A DNA stretch of 59,901 bases, counting the filler, from Sphacelaria rigidula (taxonomy: Eukaryota): assembly GCA_964200075.2 (NCBI GenBank). It is 4 parts of 4 records of this genome, joined end to end, with 100 filler letters (N's around TTAATTAATTAA, not from the genome) between each part and the next. Parts side by side here need not be neighbours in the genome. Positions count along the whole stretch, not along the records: positions 30,006 to 44,906 come from CAXNAA020001998.1; positions 45,007 to 59,901 come from CAXNAA020001999.1; 2 more parts are not named here. One strand, written 5' to 3'. Positions within the stretch are counted from its first letter, which is position 1. Each line of letters starts with the position of its first letter. Below the pieces are notes generated by a model. That model did not search any database. It was given only the letters and a program-made list of their open reading frames with translations, and was not told the origin of the DNA. This document shows positions 37,788 to 48,711 of the stretch, piece after piece. The translations under genes were made by a program, and so were the position numbers.

Positions 37788-38404
37788 GTAGGCTTTCCAT
37801 TACAATACGATGGGTATCTGGTGTTCATGATTCGAAGATTCAAAAGGCAGTCAGCGTACCGTCCTGACTGTTTACTCTACATCCTGCTGTTCGCTTGTGC
37901 TGGCTCTACTGCCTGTTGCATTGGACGGGACGGTGTAGTGTGGACCCTTGCTGGTCGGTGTGCCCGTCAACGTAGCTACGAAGGGGATAGAGCTCAACTG
38001 CGCATCTCGTTGACCATAGAAACTCTCTGGCTGATGCGTCTCGGTTCTTGAGCCATCGTGCCATAGTAATGACCGCACCCGACACGCGCTCCATGATGGT
38101 ACGGCTTACGAACACGAAAACTGAAACTGCCATCCGGGCAAACGGTAACCAATTGCGCCGAGCATTGGTACTCCCCCTCCCATCCTCCCTAAAAAAATAC
38201 TCTCTTGTTTACCTACAGTTGCGTGCCAATGGTAGACCAAGCCATCCGAGTAGCGCACGTACAGACAGTTCAACCGTACCGTGTCATGCTGTCAGTTGAT
38301 CCGTCCTGGCATGACTCATACGACTACAGTAGTCTGTACTGCTGTCCCGTAACCACTTTCTTCCCACGCGACTTGTCCTCCGGGTCGACCTGAATGTGCC
38401 ACAG

Positions 38405-38842
38405 GAAGGAGGACCGACCGCTTTCACAGCAACGGTGACAACGGCAGTAGGCGGTGTAATCGATGAAGATTGTTTTTTGACCGCAGACGGTGCCGAGTAC
38501 TGCGTTGTCGAGCCAGAAACGGAATTTCCTCAGCAGGCGTTGAAAGAACCGGCCACGACAGCAACTTCAACAGCAACCTTGCTACCAGAGACAACAGCAC
38601 CAGGAATGACCACGCCTGCTGCGCCGTCCGGGGCCATTTCATCATCTTTTGTACCAGCCGAAGAGATATATGATGCTGTTGGCGCTGTGGGAGATAAACA
38701 GAGCGCGGCCTTCGCGTTGTATTCGATGATGGGGCTCTGTTTTCTCATTGCAATCGTGTGTGCGTTGGACAGGGTGGCCATGTCCGTGGCGATTGTCTCC
38801 ATGGCCACCGTTTACGACTACTCGGATACCACCAAGGGGTTG
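38405..38842 (+). CDS. SLC17/PHT4-like MFS transporter, exon 2
   Basis: CAG|GAA acceptor. LCFLIAIVCALDRVAMSVAIVSM...TTKGL is the anion:cation symporter TM1 motif. Donor TTG|GTGAGT. Confidence 0.85.
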
Positions 38843-39662
38843 GTGAGTGAAAGCATTTATTCGTTGAAACAGGCGAAACAAATCAGGTGGCGAGAAACCT
38901 GCACAAGGTAGTGCAGGATTGAGCGTAGGTTGGTCTCGGGTTCGCGGATTGGGCATGAATCGCACAGCTGCATGCGCCGCACAAATGGTTGCCGGCATCA
39001 GACCGTTAATCGGATTAGCCGGCCCAACCGGGCAGAGAGAGAGGCAATCCGTTTAGAGGTTAGGAAAACAATAATGTTGCAGTCCTTAGCAATGTTGATA
39101 GCTGCTAGTACAGAAAAGCAAGTATTATCGTGTGTGAGGACTCGACCTTTTAACCCCGGGTGTTCCGGCACGTATCGTCCGTACACCACGGTCGGTCACC
39201 CGACAACGACCAGTACAGTGCAACTCTCTGTACGGTCGTCCTAGGGAAATAGGTGCCAATATCGCGGACTACGCCATTTTTTCCGACCGATTATCTTGAG
39301 GCCGTGTCTTGTCGAGACAAAGAAACAAGCACAAAGAGGAACAAGCGTCCAAAGTAGCAAGTTGATTGGCCGCCGGGAGAGTCTATGGTTGCTGCAGCTA
39401 ACCAACATGCTCCTTTTGGACGCTTGTTTCTCTTCGTGCTTGTTTCTTTGTCTCGATAAGAAACGGCCTGGGGACAACAAGACTAAAATATGATGTGAAA
39501 CTGACTCCCCCCACAGACGCCGCTCCGCTCAAATCACCCGCAATCCCACCACTTGACCACCCACGCGGTTGATGTTCCGAGTGGAGAGGATATACGTTCG
39601 CAACCAATCCTTCCCCCACCCACCCCCTCCTCCCCTGCACGCTCGCTCCATAACAACAAAAG

Positions 39663-39881
39663 ATCAGCAGCGTGTTCTCATGGGGTTACATGGCCTCCAT
39701 AATACCATCATCGGTCATGATCGGCGTGTTGGGGCCTAAAGCCAGCATGGCCACGGGGGTGGTCGTGTGGTCGGCGGCACAGATGCTGTCCCCGGTTGCG
39801 GCGGCCAGTTCCTTGCCAAGCCTCTTGGCGTGTCGTATGGCCATGGGCGTTGGAGAGGCTGTAACGGTACCGTGTATCCAG
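39663..39881 (+). CDS. SLC17/PHT4-like MFS transporter, exon 3
   Basis: ISSVFSWGYMAS...LGPK...LLACRMAMGVGEAVTVPCIQ, ending at the non-canonical donor CAG|GCAAGT. Confidence 0.88.
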
Positions 39882-40645
39882 GCAAGTGTAACAGCTTGAT
39901 CAGGAAGAGGGCGGGTGGCCACTACTTCAGAAATGGAACATTCACGACGTTGTAAAACTTCGTATGCATAGACAGACTCGTGTTCTACGTCTTGCGCGAC
40001 AAAACCTTTAGCCGTTTGACCACGATACAGTCTATTTAAGATCATGCATGCCGGTCCACCAACTCGTGTACTGTTTTTTTTTTATGGTTACTGCTACAGC
40101 CACGACCGCAAACTCTCCGTAGTTTGACAGGTTACGGCCCGCTCAGCCGATGTTTTACCGTGGGGATGAAAAAAATGCAATTTTCAGGAGAGTTGCGTGA
40201 ATTCTCGCGGAAATGAAGAATCGCAACAGCACAGCACCCGTTCCAACCGTGCAGTGTTTCAGCTAAAGACGACCGTGTCGCTACCGAAGCAATGTGCTGT
40301 ACTCTAGCGTTAGCATTGGCAGAATCTACGGGATCCAGTTGGTCGATCATGTCCTTAGTCGGTGGCTCTGCGGTGCCCACTGGTGTATGTCTGTATCTCT
40401 CTGCTGCCCTGAGTAGGATTTTTACTTTTTTCTTCATCATTTTATTTTATTTTATTTTGCTCTTTTGTTTCCTCTTATTTTCCTTTTTTTAATTTATGTC
40501 GGCCATTTCTTTCTGTGCTTTGCTCTTGTTGACTTCTTACTAATATTCTTTTTTTTTACGTCTTAGTCTGCGATGTTGTTCTGTTCGATTTTTTTTCTGG
40601 TCCTTTTTCTTCTCTTCAGCGAGTATTTCAGTTTTGCTTTTCTTG

Positions 40646-40699
40646 GGTACGTCTATCGTGCGACCACGGCTGAACCACTGAGGGGTCAGTCAAAGTGAG

Positions 40700-40729
<30 letters not shown>
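40646..40729 (+). mobile_element. Putative 3' end of a non-LTR retroelement with a (CAAT)n tail (intronic)
   Basis: GGTAC..GTGCGACCACGG..AAGTGAGA(CAAT)7, preceded by a T-rich UTR-like tract. Confidence 0.45.
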
Positions 40730-40731
<2 letters not shown>

Positions 40732-41011
40732 CGGGCGCTGTTGAATGTTGGAATGTTTGAGGATCGGGGTGGAAAGCGTGCAGCGTAGCAGTGACTGTCG
40801 AGAATTCGGAGGTGAACACGCAACGACGGAACACATCCTTTTTGCCTCCGATTTATTACGAATGAACCTGTACTTCTACCCTTGTTGTTGCACAGTGTGC
40901 GCTCGTAGCAATTCTTATACTTGCAACGAAACATGAAGAATTTGAGTTTGGTTTGGTTTGGTTCTGTTTGAGAAAAAATAACTGCTTCGTGAAAACGGCA
41001 AACTGAAGACG

Positions 41012-42330
41012 TGCCGGGACGGAATGTACTTGAGTAAATTAGCGGGCGAAGCCCGCAACACAAGCCATGTCTCTCACACACAGATAGACATAGCTCAGAG
41101 TGAATTGAAAGAAGAGCGACCATGACCGAGCGTTCAAACTCGGCACCCTCCCGAAAATAATGATTTGTCCACAATAAGGCGGATGACTAAAACATGAGAC
41201 ATGTCCCTGTTTCACTGTACCGTAGCAAAACCACACTCACGCGCTCTCTCATGTGCTGGAGCTGTCACTGTACTGTGGTGTGTTTACGCATTGCGAAGAC
41301 GGTTTGAACTGACTGAGCTGCGATATTGTTGATGTGTTCGTCTCTGCAAAAAACAATGTTAGTCGACACGCAAGGCTGACTGCACACTGTTTCAAAACCT
41401 CATGGTGTGTTGGCTGTTTCGACTTCCTTGGAATGACCAATGGGCTGCTCGCTGCTACATTCCGGCTTATGCTGTGCGTTGAGGCGGTGTACTGTACTGT
41501 ACTACTGTATTGTGTTAAGACATGTGAGTGCGGCATCTTTGATCATGAGATTGGACCGCAAGAATACTAGGTTTTCGAACACCCTCCCGACCATTCCCAA
41601 GTAGAATGGAGCGACCTGACTGGTCGTTGCCACGTAAATTATGTCCTGCTGCAAATTCAGTCTGGGGGGAAAACATGAAACTTGGGCAAACTGAAAAGTT
41701 AGCGGGACAGTTTTACTTGGTAACTACCAAACACATCGCTCCGATTTGCTTGGAAAGTAGTTGGAGGGTATTCTAAAACCTAGTGGCCGTGCGGTCTAAT
41801 CTCACGGCCAATCACGCCCACACCCACATGCTCCAACACATTACCGACGGTATAGTGCTCCAACGCACAGCACCAGCTAAACAGAGTACCGCAGCACCGG
41901 GCAGGGCCGCGTTCGTTTCACGCAAGACGAAACAGGCAACACACCGCATGAAGTTTTCAGCAGTCGAGTCAATTATTTTCTACAGAGACGAACACAACGA
42001 CAGTATCGCAGCTCATGAAAATCCCAGCGGGGACCACACCGTCCTCGCAATGTATATGTACACCACAGTGCAGTGACAGCCACAGCACATGAGAGAAGGC
42101 GTGAATTTTGTTTGGGCTGCAGTACAGCCAAAGAGGATATGCCCCATGTTCTAGTCCTTCGACTGACTTTCAACAGGTCCCCAAATTTGGGCAGGTGCCG
42201 ATTTTGAACGCTCGGCCACCATCACGCTTCTGTAAACTCACATTGAAATACCCCTATCTATGCGTGGGAGGCATGTCCTGTGTTGCGGGCTTCCCCCGCT
42301 AATTTCATCAAGTACATTGTGTCCCGGTAT
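41012..42330. repeat. Inverted repeat pair (about 41012-41170 and 42175-42330) in transporter intron 3
   Basis: CCGGGAC..AATGTACTTGA..AATTAGCGGG..AAGCCCGCAACACA..CCGAGCGTTCAAA.TCGGCACC and its reverse complement. Confidence 0.8.
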
Positions 42331-42548
42331 ATCGAAGGTCTGCCGAGACTTGCCGAAGAGATTAGCCCCTCGCCCCCCGGTCTCTTGACTCCGTCCGATT
42401 TTGGAGTGCTTGGATATTGCGGACAACACGTGCCACCACGCCGGGTTTGTCTCTCCAAACTGCGTGTCACACAACGAAGGGTCTAATCACGATCCAACAT
42501 TCGATTTCTTGACATGGTACGCTTCTGTGCGCTCACTCGATCGTGCAG

Positions 42549-42620
42549 GCTATTGTGGCGGAGTGGGCGCCCGAGAATCAGCGAAGCCGATGGTTGTCGC
42601 TTGTTCTCAGTGGTCTCCAG
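42549..42620 (+). CDS. SLC17/PHT4-like MFS transporter, exon 4
   Basis: CAG|GCT...CAG|GTAATT, encoding AIVAEWAPENQRSRWLSLVLSGLQ (W.P..ERSR motif). Confidence 0.85.
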
Positions 42621-42907
42621 GTAATTAGTCAGCCGCGCTTTTTTTCGCGGAACGGTGTAGTCGGGTCGTTTGTGATGAAAATTGGTCGGGGGTATTCTCA
42701 GCTGAGCTCCGTGTGATGAGCTGCGGAGTATGTATGCCTGCCTACAGTATATCCTGAAAGAAGAACGGATGAGAACCGTTCCCAATACTTGTAGTCGCTT
42801 TTGAAGATACTGTTTTGTGCACACCGTGTGTCGGATCTCACCTGGCTGTCCTTCTCTCTTTTGGTGTGTGTGTGTTTTTTTTGTTCTCTTTTTTTTTTTT
42901 TCAAAAG

Positions 42908-42967
42908 GTCGGCACCGTGCTGGCGTATTTGGCGTCGCCGGCCATCATCTCGGCGTGGAACTGGGAG
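42908..42967 (+). CDS. SLC17/PHT4-like MFS transporter, exon 5
   Basis: Polypyrimidine tract then AAG|GTC...GAG|GTAACA, encoding VGTVLAYLASPAIISAWNWE. Confidence 0.85.
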
Positions 42968-43546
42968 GTAACAGAGTGGGTATTGTACTCCTTGAAAATA
43001 GTTCGAATGAAAATATTTTTGCGCCGTTGGGATAAGGATGGCGAAGTTATGAGATAAAGAGCTCTCATCGAAGCTCCAGATTGCGTAACGGTGTGCTATC
43101 ACCCTCCTGCCTGCCATACGAGAGCGATTTTGGCGGCGAAGCCGAAGAACCTGTGCCGTAGTGCGCAAGCTTTTATTCCGCCACTGTGTTGACAGTACAT
43201 ACCGCAGTGAAGAGGACGGTTCGTCCACAAGTATATGTCGCCCGGTATCTGGAGAGGCATAAACTCATCCATCATTGTGCCATGCATCTTCGTGAGTACC
43301 GGCCTCCCCCCGCCCATGAACATACTGACACACCATACCGCATACGGCGCGCTCCGTCGCGGTGTGGCACACACACACACACACACACGCGCGCTTTGCA
43401 ATTTGCCTTGTTCTACTGCATTGACCATGTTCGGCATAGTTTCAGGGGAGCTGACAGGGTACCGAAAGTTATCTCCACGCTCCCCCACGCCTCCCTGCCC
43501 CCCCCCCCCCCCCCCCGACTGCCCGGCCCTGTTGGAATAACGCCAG

Positions 43547-44054
43547 AGCATGTTCATCACGTACGGCGTGCTGGGGCTGGCGTGGTTGGTCTTGTGGCTT
43601 CCCCTTATCCCAGATCGGCCGCCAGCCGCAATCGCAGCGGCTGCAGCAGTGCGTCCTAGTGTCACCCCTTTGCAAAAACAACAGCGGCCTGGTTTGTCGG
43701 GTAGGGAATCCGGCGCGATAGGGGACGGGTTGACCGGGAGACGTTCTGCGGAGACAATGTCACCCGCGGTTGGGGAGAGTGTTGGTGGACAGCCTTCTTC
43801 GTCGGCGAGTTTGTCTATCGGCGCAAGGAACGGAGGCGTGCGTGAACCCGCGACCGCGCAGCCGCTCTCCGCTGAGGTGGTTGTGGTTGCTAAGAGGCCG
43901 GCAGTCACCGCAGCTACAGCAACAGCAACGACCGTAGGAGAGAGGGGAGTGGTAGCTGGGGAAGAGGGGATGTTGACCTCCACGCCGCCGATTAAGGCCG
44001 CGGAGAAAGAGCGAGGTTCAAAAGAAGTCGGCGCAGGGTTCGAGGGATGGAGAG
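43547..44054 (+). CDS. SLC17/PHT4-like MFS transporter, exon 6 (TM6 plus long central loop); the C-terminal half lies beyond the contig
   Basis: CAG|AGC acceptor, SMFITYGVLGLAWLVLWLPLIPDRP, and donor G|GTGAGT at 44055. Confidence 0.82.
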
Positions 44055-44906
44055 GTGAGTCCCTGCTGTTCTCGGTGTGCCCCGAGGACAAATCAGTGTA
44101 TTTTATTTTGATGCATATCGGGTAACTTGCAGGGGAAAACGCTCGGCTCCACTTACAGTATCATACCTCCGGTATACACATCGCTGCGTAGGGTCTTGTT
44201 CGAAGAAAATTTCATGGCCTTCGTGTCTCCCACCACGCAAACTGGTGAGTAGGGTACTTACTTTCCGTGTTGGAAGATTCGTGGTTCATGGGGCTCAAAC
44301 CTTTGGCCGTGGTCTGCAGAGAGTCGGGGTGGGTGCTGTTGCTTTTTTCCCCCTGTCTCGATCGACGTTGCGAATAACAGCAACTGCGTCATGTTCATTC
44401 CTTAATGGTCGGACCGCACTGCCACATGTGTTCCCCCGTATTTCTCGCGAGGGCGTAACGAACGGCGTTGTCAACCCAACCAGCAAGAATATGCACACAT
44501 ACCGCCACGCACCCCGCAGTCACACGAACGGGAAGCTCTTGACCCTCACAATGGTACTGCCCCGTCATTTCCTAGACCGAGAACGGACGAACGTCTGCAC
44601 AACCTGGACAAGTAGATTGCATTTTCAAGAAGTGTACTGCGTGCGGTATCGACTATTGCGTGCCTATTGCATTAGGCGATAGCTTCCATACTGTACGTAG
44701 TACACTTTTTGACAACATGATCCATTGTCCAGGGTGTGAACATCTGCCGCATCGGTCGAAGAGTAGCTCAACAACGCTCTTCACGCACCTGTACAGGTGT
44801 GACCCAATGCGGGTACCCACTCGTTGGGTGACATGATATTGCCATGCCCCCCCGCCCCCCCCCCCCCCCCCCCCCCCCACCCCCCCCCCCCCACCCCCCC
44901 CCCCAC

Positions 44907-45006
44907 NNNNNNNNNNNNNNNNNNNNNNNNNNNNNNNNNNNNNNNNNNNNTTAATTAATTAANNNNNNNNNNNNNNNNNNNNNNNNNNNNNNNNNNNNNN
45001 NNNNNN
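44907..45006. other. Artificial contig-joining linker
   Basis: N44-TTAATTAATTAA-N44, preceded by a poly-C contig end. Confidence 0.98.
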
Positions 45007-45089
45007 GACAATCTGACTCGAAATTTCGAGCAACAAATGGCCCAAAATACCCCCCTCCTATCGTAGGATGACTCTAGGTGAAAAACCAG

Positions 45090-45222
45090 TGGTCAATAGC
45101 TACGAGTGGGTTGAGGAATGGAATCATATTCCGAAGATTTGGTGTGGATAAAAAGATTTTAATCCTCCGGGTTCTTATCCTCAACGAAAAGCTTAATCTC
45201 CAATTTTGATCGTTGGCTGTTA
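45090..45222 (+). repeat. Partial copy of the right arm of the 47258-47927 element
   Basis: AATAGCTAC..CGAAGATTTGGTG.GGATA..AAGATTTT..CTCCGGGTTCT.ATCCTC..GAAAAGC matches 47695-47822. Confidence 0.75.
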
Positions 45223-47257
45223 CCACCACCATCACGTACTAGTACTGTGGCCATCATTACCTCATCGCCACCACTGGCTACCCTCAACAATTCACCACGG
45301 GGAAGGAAATTGAACAATTTCTGGATTTGGTCACTCACATTTTGGTATGCCTTGGCGACGTCCGACCCCACGTCGCCTTGTTCAAAGCGCGCTTCCCCTT
45401 TCTTTTCTCGTCCTATCGCACCCACTCAACAAGAACATCCGTTGATTTGCCTCTTTCTCGGTGTCTTATGTATTCCCGATTCCATCACTTCTAAGTCAGG
45501 TTCTTGCACGTACCTCCAAACTTCCCGACAACAAAGTGGAACACTGATTTCGGCCTGCCGTGGTGGCGAAATCAGGACCGTTCGGTCGGAAAGGTGAGCT
45601 GGTGTAAAGACGAAAAAATAGCGAAAGTTGACGATGTCTTAAATTCACCTTTGTGTAGCACAACAAAACGGTGCGCGCCACATATTTGCACGACGGTTGA
45701 AACGTTCCCATTCGATACCAATGTAGCCCGTGAAGCCTTCGGGGGGTTTGCGGTGCAGAAGCATCTCCGTCACACGTGAACATGTAAGTAACAAGTTTGC
45801 ATACATTATAGCATCGCAACTGTCGAAGAGTCTCGGGACGCTTACACACTACATTTCCCCTTCGTGATATGTGCCAAAATATAATTGGCGACTAGAGAGG
45901 TATGCTACGGTAGAGGTGCACACACGTTTCTGAGGTTAGAACTGTCAGGAGCCCTCCATCTCTTCCGAAACACGACTCATTATTATGAGTTATGTGAGAG
46001 TAGAGAGTTTCGGAATATATTGTTTCTCATCATACGACATCGTAGAGTCAGAGTCCAGAGTGGAAGCGCTGAAACTTCAGAGTGGACGCTAAAACGTTCA
46101 TAGCGGAGGCTGATGTGACGTGGCTTGATGAATAGCTCTTTCCTTCGCAGTGATTGGCCGCAGGTTGTGCCGCCAAGTGTGCGATCGACCAGCGTGGAGT
46201 CCGAAAATGCACAGGTCGACACAACATTGACTGCACCATGCCATGCGGCACCGTACGTACCGTACAGTACGCTTCATTGCACCTGTGGTAATCCAATCTA
46301 CCACGGCGCACCGCAGGGTACTGTAGTACTGTAGTGCTGTGCAGTGTAGCGTACAGCCAGTGCAGTACAGAGAGAGCAATGCAGGACCCTACAGTACAAC
46401 AGTACATCGCGCATCGTGATGATTTTAACATGCCACACGTAACGGTGGTGCAAGAAGTCATGACCTCGAACGGAATGGCAATGTAGCCAGGTGTAGATCT
46501 GCTTGTGCGTTGTAGACTGCGAATCGTTCACACCGTCTTCTTACAGCTGAAGCTGGCAAAAGTAAGGAACCGCACCCCGTCGAGCATTTGAATTTTCACT
46601 CATCGCAACCAAGCGAATGCTGATACCGCCATGGCAGCGTCAGGTCGTCTGATGGCGATGCAAATCGTTTTTACGTTTCCGGCGTTTTTTTTCACTCTGA
46701 CTGTAAGATTCGGGGAAAAAAAAAAACGAAACTCTCCAGTCAGTCAGAATTAATATTGCAGTGTGCTAGGGATGTCCCGAGTAAATATGCAAACGGGGAT
46801 GCCCTGATCCATACTCTTGTGTCTCTAGAATCGTCAGGAGCCCCTGAACCAGACAGGATTTTGCGCAAAACGTGCACCCGTACCATAGCATTGCTCTAGC
46901 GCAACCGGCAGCGTCAACTATTATAGATATGGAATTAGGACCATATTTTTCGACACCGTCAACAAACCTCCCCGTTTCCTCCTCTTCTTGCACATTTATA
47001 CCTCGATGCCACGTAGCTGACGCGGAAAGCGCGACCACTGCGTGTGGTGAACATCTTGTCGCAGCAAGAGGATCAACTTCTGGTGGCGTGCGAGGACACC
47101 ATTGCAGATATTCAGGTGACGCGTGCTCACTCAAAGAAAATGCTTGAAACAACTGAATTGATGATTAGGATGGAATTTGAGGATGAAACTGACACCAGAA
47201 TTGCACTAAGCGCCCACATGAACCCGAACTTGGAATCGAGAGTGGGCAAAGTCTTGG

Positions 47258-47927
47258 AGTGATCATTTTATTTTTCCCATCTAACCCCCGTTAGTAGGGA
47301 TGCAAAGCCAATGGTCGTATGACTGAGTGATGCTACGGTGGGAGTGCACAAATATTTTCTGAGAACAGCCGATCATCAAAACTGAGAATGGAGCTTTTCA
47401 TTGAGGACGAGAACCCGGAGGAGTAAAATCTTCGTATCCACACCGACACTTCGACATGTTATGGTTCTACAACATTATTTTTCCTACTGGTAGCTATTGA
47501 AACGTACTACACGTGCTACAAATTGTGATTTAGATAACCGAAATGTTGAGGGCCTAGGTGTAAAATCAATTTGGGGGAATCTCGGCGATCCGATCGGATC
47601 ACCTAAATTCCTCAAAAAAAGAGTTTCTTCATCTAAGACCCCAATATTACGAATATCGAGACCCAAAATTGTAGAGCGTATAGCAGTTGTCATTAATAGC
47701 TACCAGTAGGTGAAGATATGGGACCATATGTCGAAGATTTGGTGCGGATACGAAGATTTTCCTTCTCCGGGTTCTCATCCTCGATGAAAAGCCCCGTTCT
47801 TGATTTCGATGACCGGCTGTTCTCAGAAACTAATTGTGCACCCCCATCGTAGCATCACTCAGTCACATAAGCATTGACTGTGCATCCCGACAAAGGGGGT
47901 GTAGGTAGGGAAAATAAAATGATCGCT
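47258..47927. mobile_element. Non-autonomous palindromic TIR element, possibly TTAA-targeting (Kolobok-like)
   Basis: Arms of about 280 bp, AGTGATCATTTTATTTT..., are complementary to ...AAAATAAAATGATCGCT|TTAA. The left flank reads TTGG rather than TTAA. Confidence 0.75.
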
Positions 47928-48039
47928 TTAACCCTCAGACCGCGAGGTTAGTCTTCTGTTGAATCGACATCAATTTCAAGTGAAAACAGGTATGTATGAT
48001 CCAGAAAGACTAATCTCGCGGCCTAAGGGTCAAGAAAAC

Positions 48040-48204
48040 ACGCACGCACTGCGTCAGCTAGGCAACCAGGCTGCCATTTTTTTCTCTCGCTTTCATCGTT
48101 TCGCGGTTACCGTGATGTGTGGTCGAGTGAGATCATATTGTACGGGGTGGGAGAACCTCAACTCCGCGCAAAACGGGATGATCGTACTACGCACTGTTTG
48201 AATG
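48040..48204 (+). repeat. Dispersed repeat shared with 33762-33930, abutting the truncated Copia LTR
   Basis: See the feature at 33762-33930. Confidence 0.8.
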
Positions 48205-48228
48205 GCAAAACGGGATGATCGTACTACG

Positions 48229-48513
48229 CATCGCCCTCGCATTCACTCTCCTTCACCACCCCTCAGCCCTCTGCTTTAATAAGAGGCTGCGCGTTTCTGT
48301 TTGTCTTGGCCGCATAAGAGCCCCCAAAACACCATTTATTTGTCTTTTTTTCGTCTTCGGACTCTTTTTTACCGCTGCAGAAGCAAGCAGTCTCACGACT
48401 GCTGTGCACTCTCTGCTGACTACTGTCCTCGGACGGTAGTCGTGTCTTCACGACACTGGTCGGTCTGTTTCGAGAACAGTACCACACGCCACGAGCCACA
48501 CATATTTCCAACA
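48229..48513 (+). repeat. 5' LTR, 5'-truncated (only the last ~280 bp remain)
   Basis: Nearly identical to 55204-55481 except a net 7-bp indel in a T-rich tract. It ends in CCAACA. Confidence 0.93.
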
Positions 48514-48525
48514 GGTTATGAGCCT
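48514..48525 (+). promoter_or_regulatory. Primer binding site complementary to the tRNA-Met anticodon arm (half-tRNA priming)
   Basis: GGTTATGAGCCT lies immediately after the LTR CA and resembles the GGTTATGGGCCC PBS of Drosophila copia-type elements. Confidence 0.8.
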
Positions 48526-48711
48526 CGATTCGCGACCACGTAGTCCTTCAGGGCATCGACCTTCGATTCGAGACTACTAAGGTCAGCACAAGCGAGGGGA
48601 CGTCACTCCAAGGTCGTCCCAGCAGCATCAGTCAGAAGACCAAGAAATCAGATCCTTTCACAGGATCTGCAGGTGTGAACAAAAAGTTTTTTCAAGTAAA
48701 ACTTGAGGCAG

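Noticed and set aside
43099-44091. 330-aa minus-strand ORF
   Set aside because: It is the antisense shadow of transporter exon 6 plus intronic microsatellite and poly-C.
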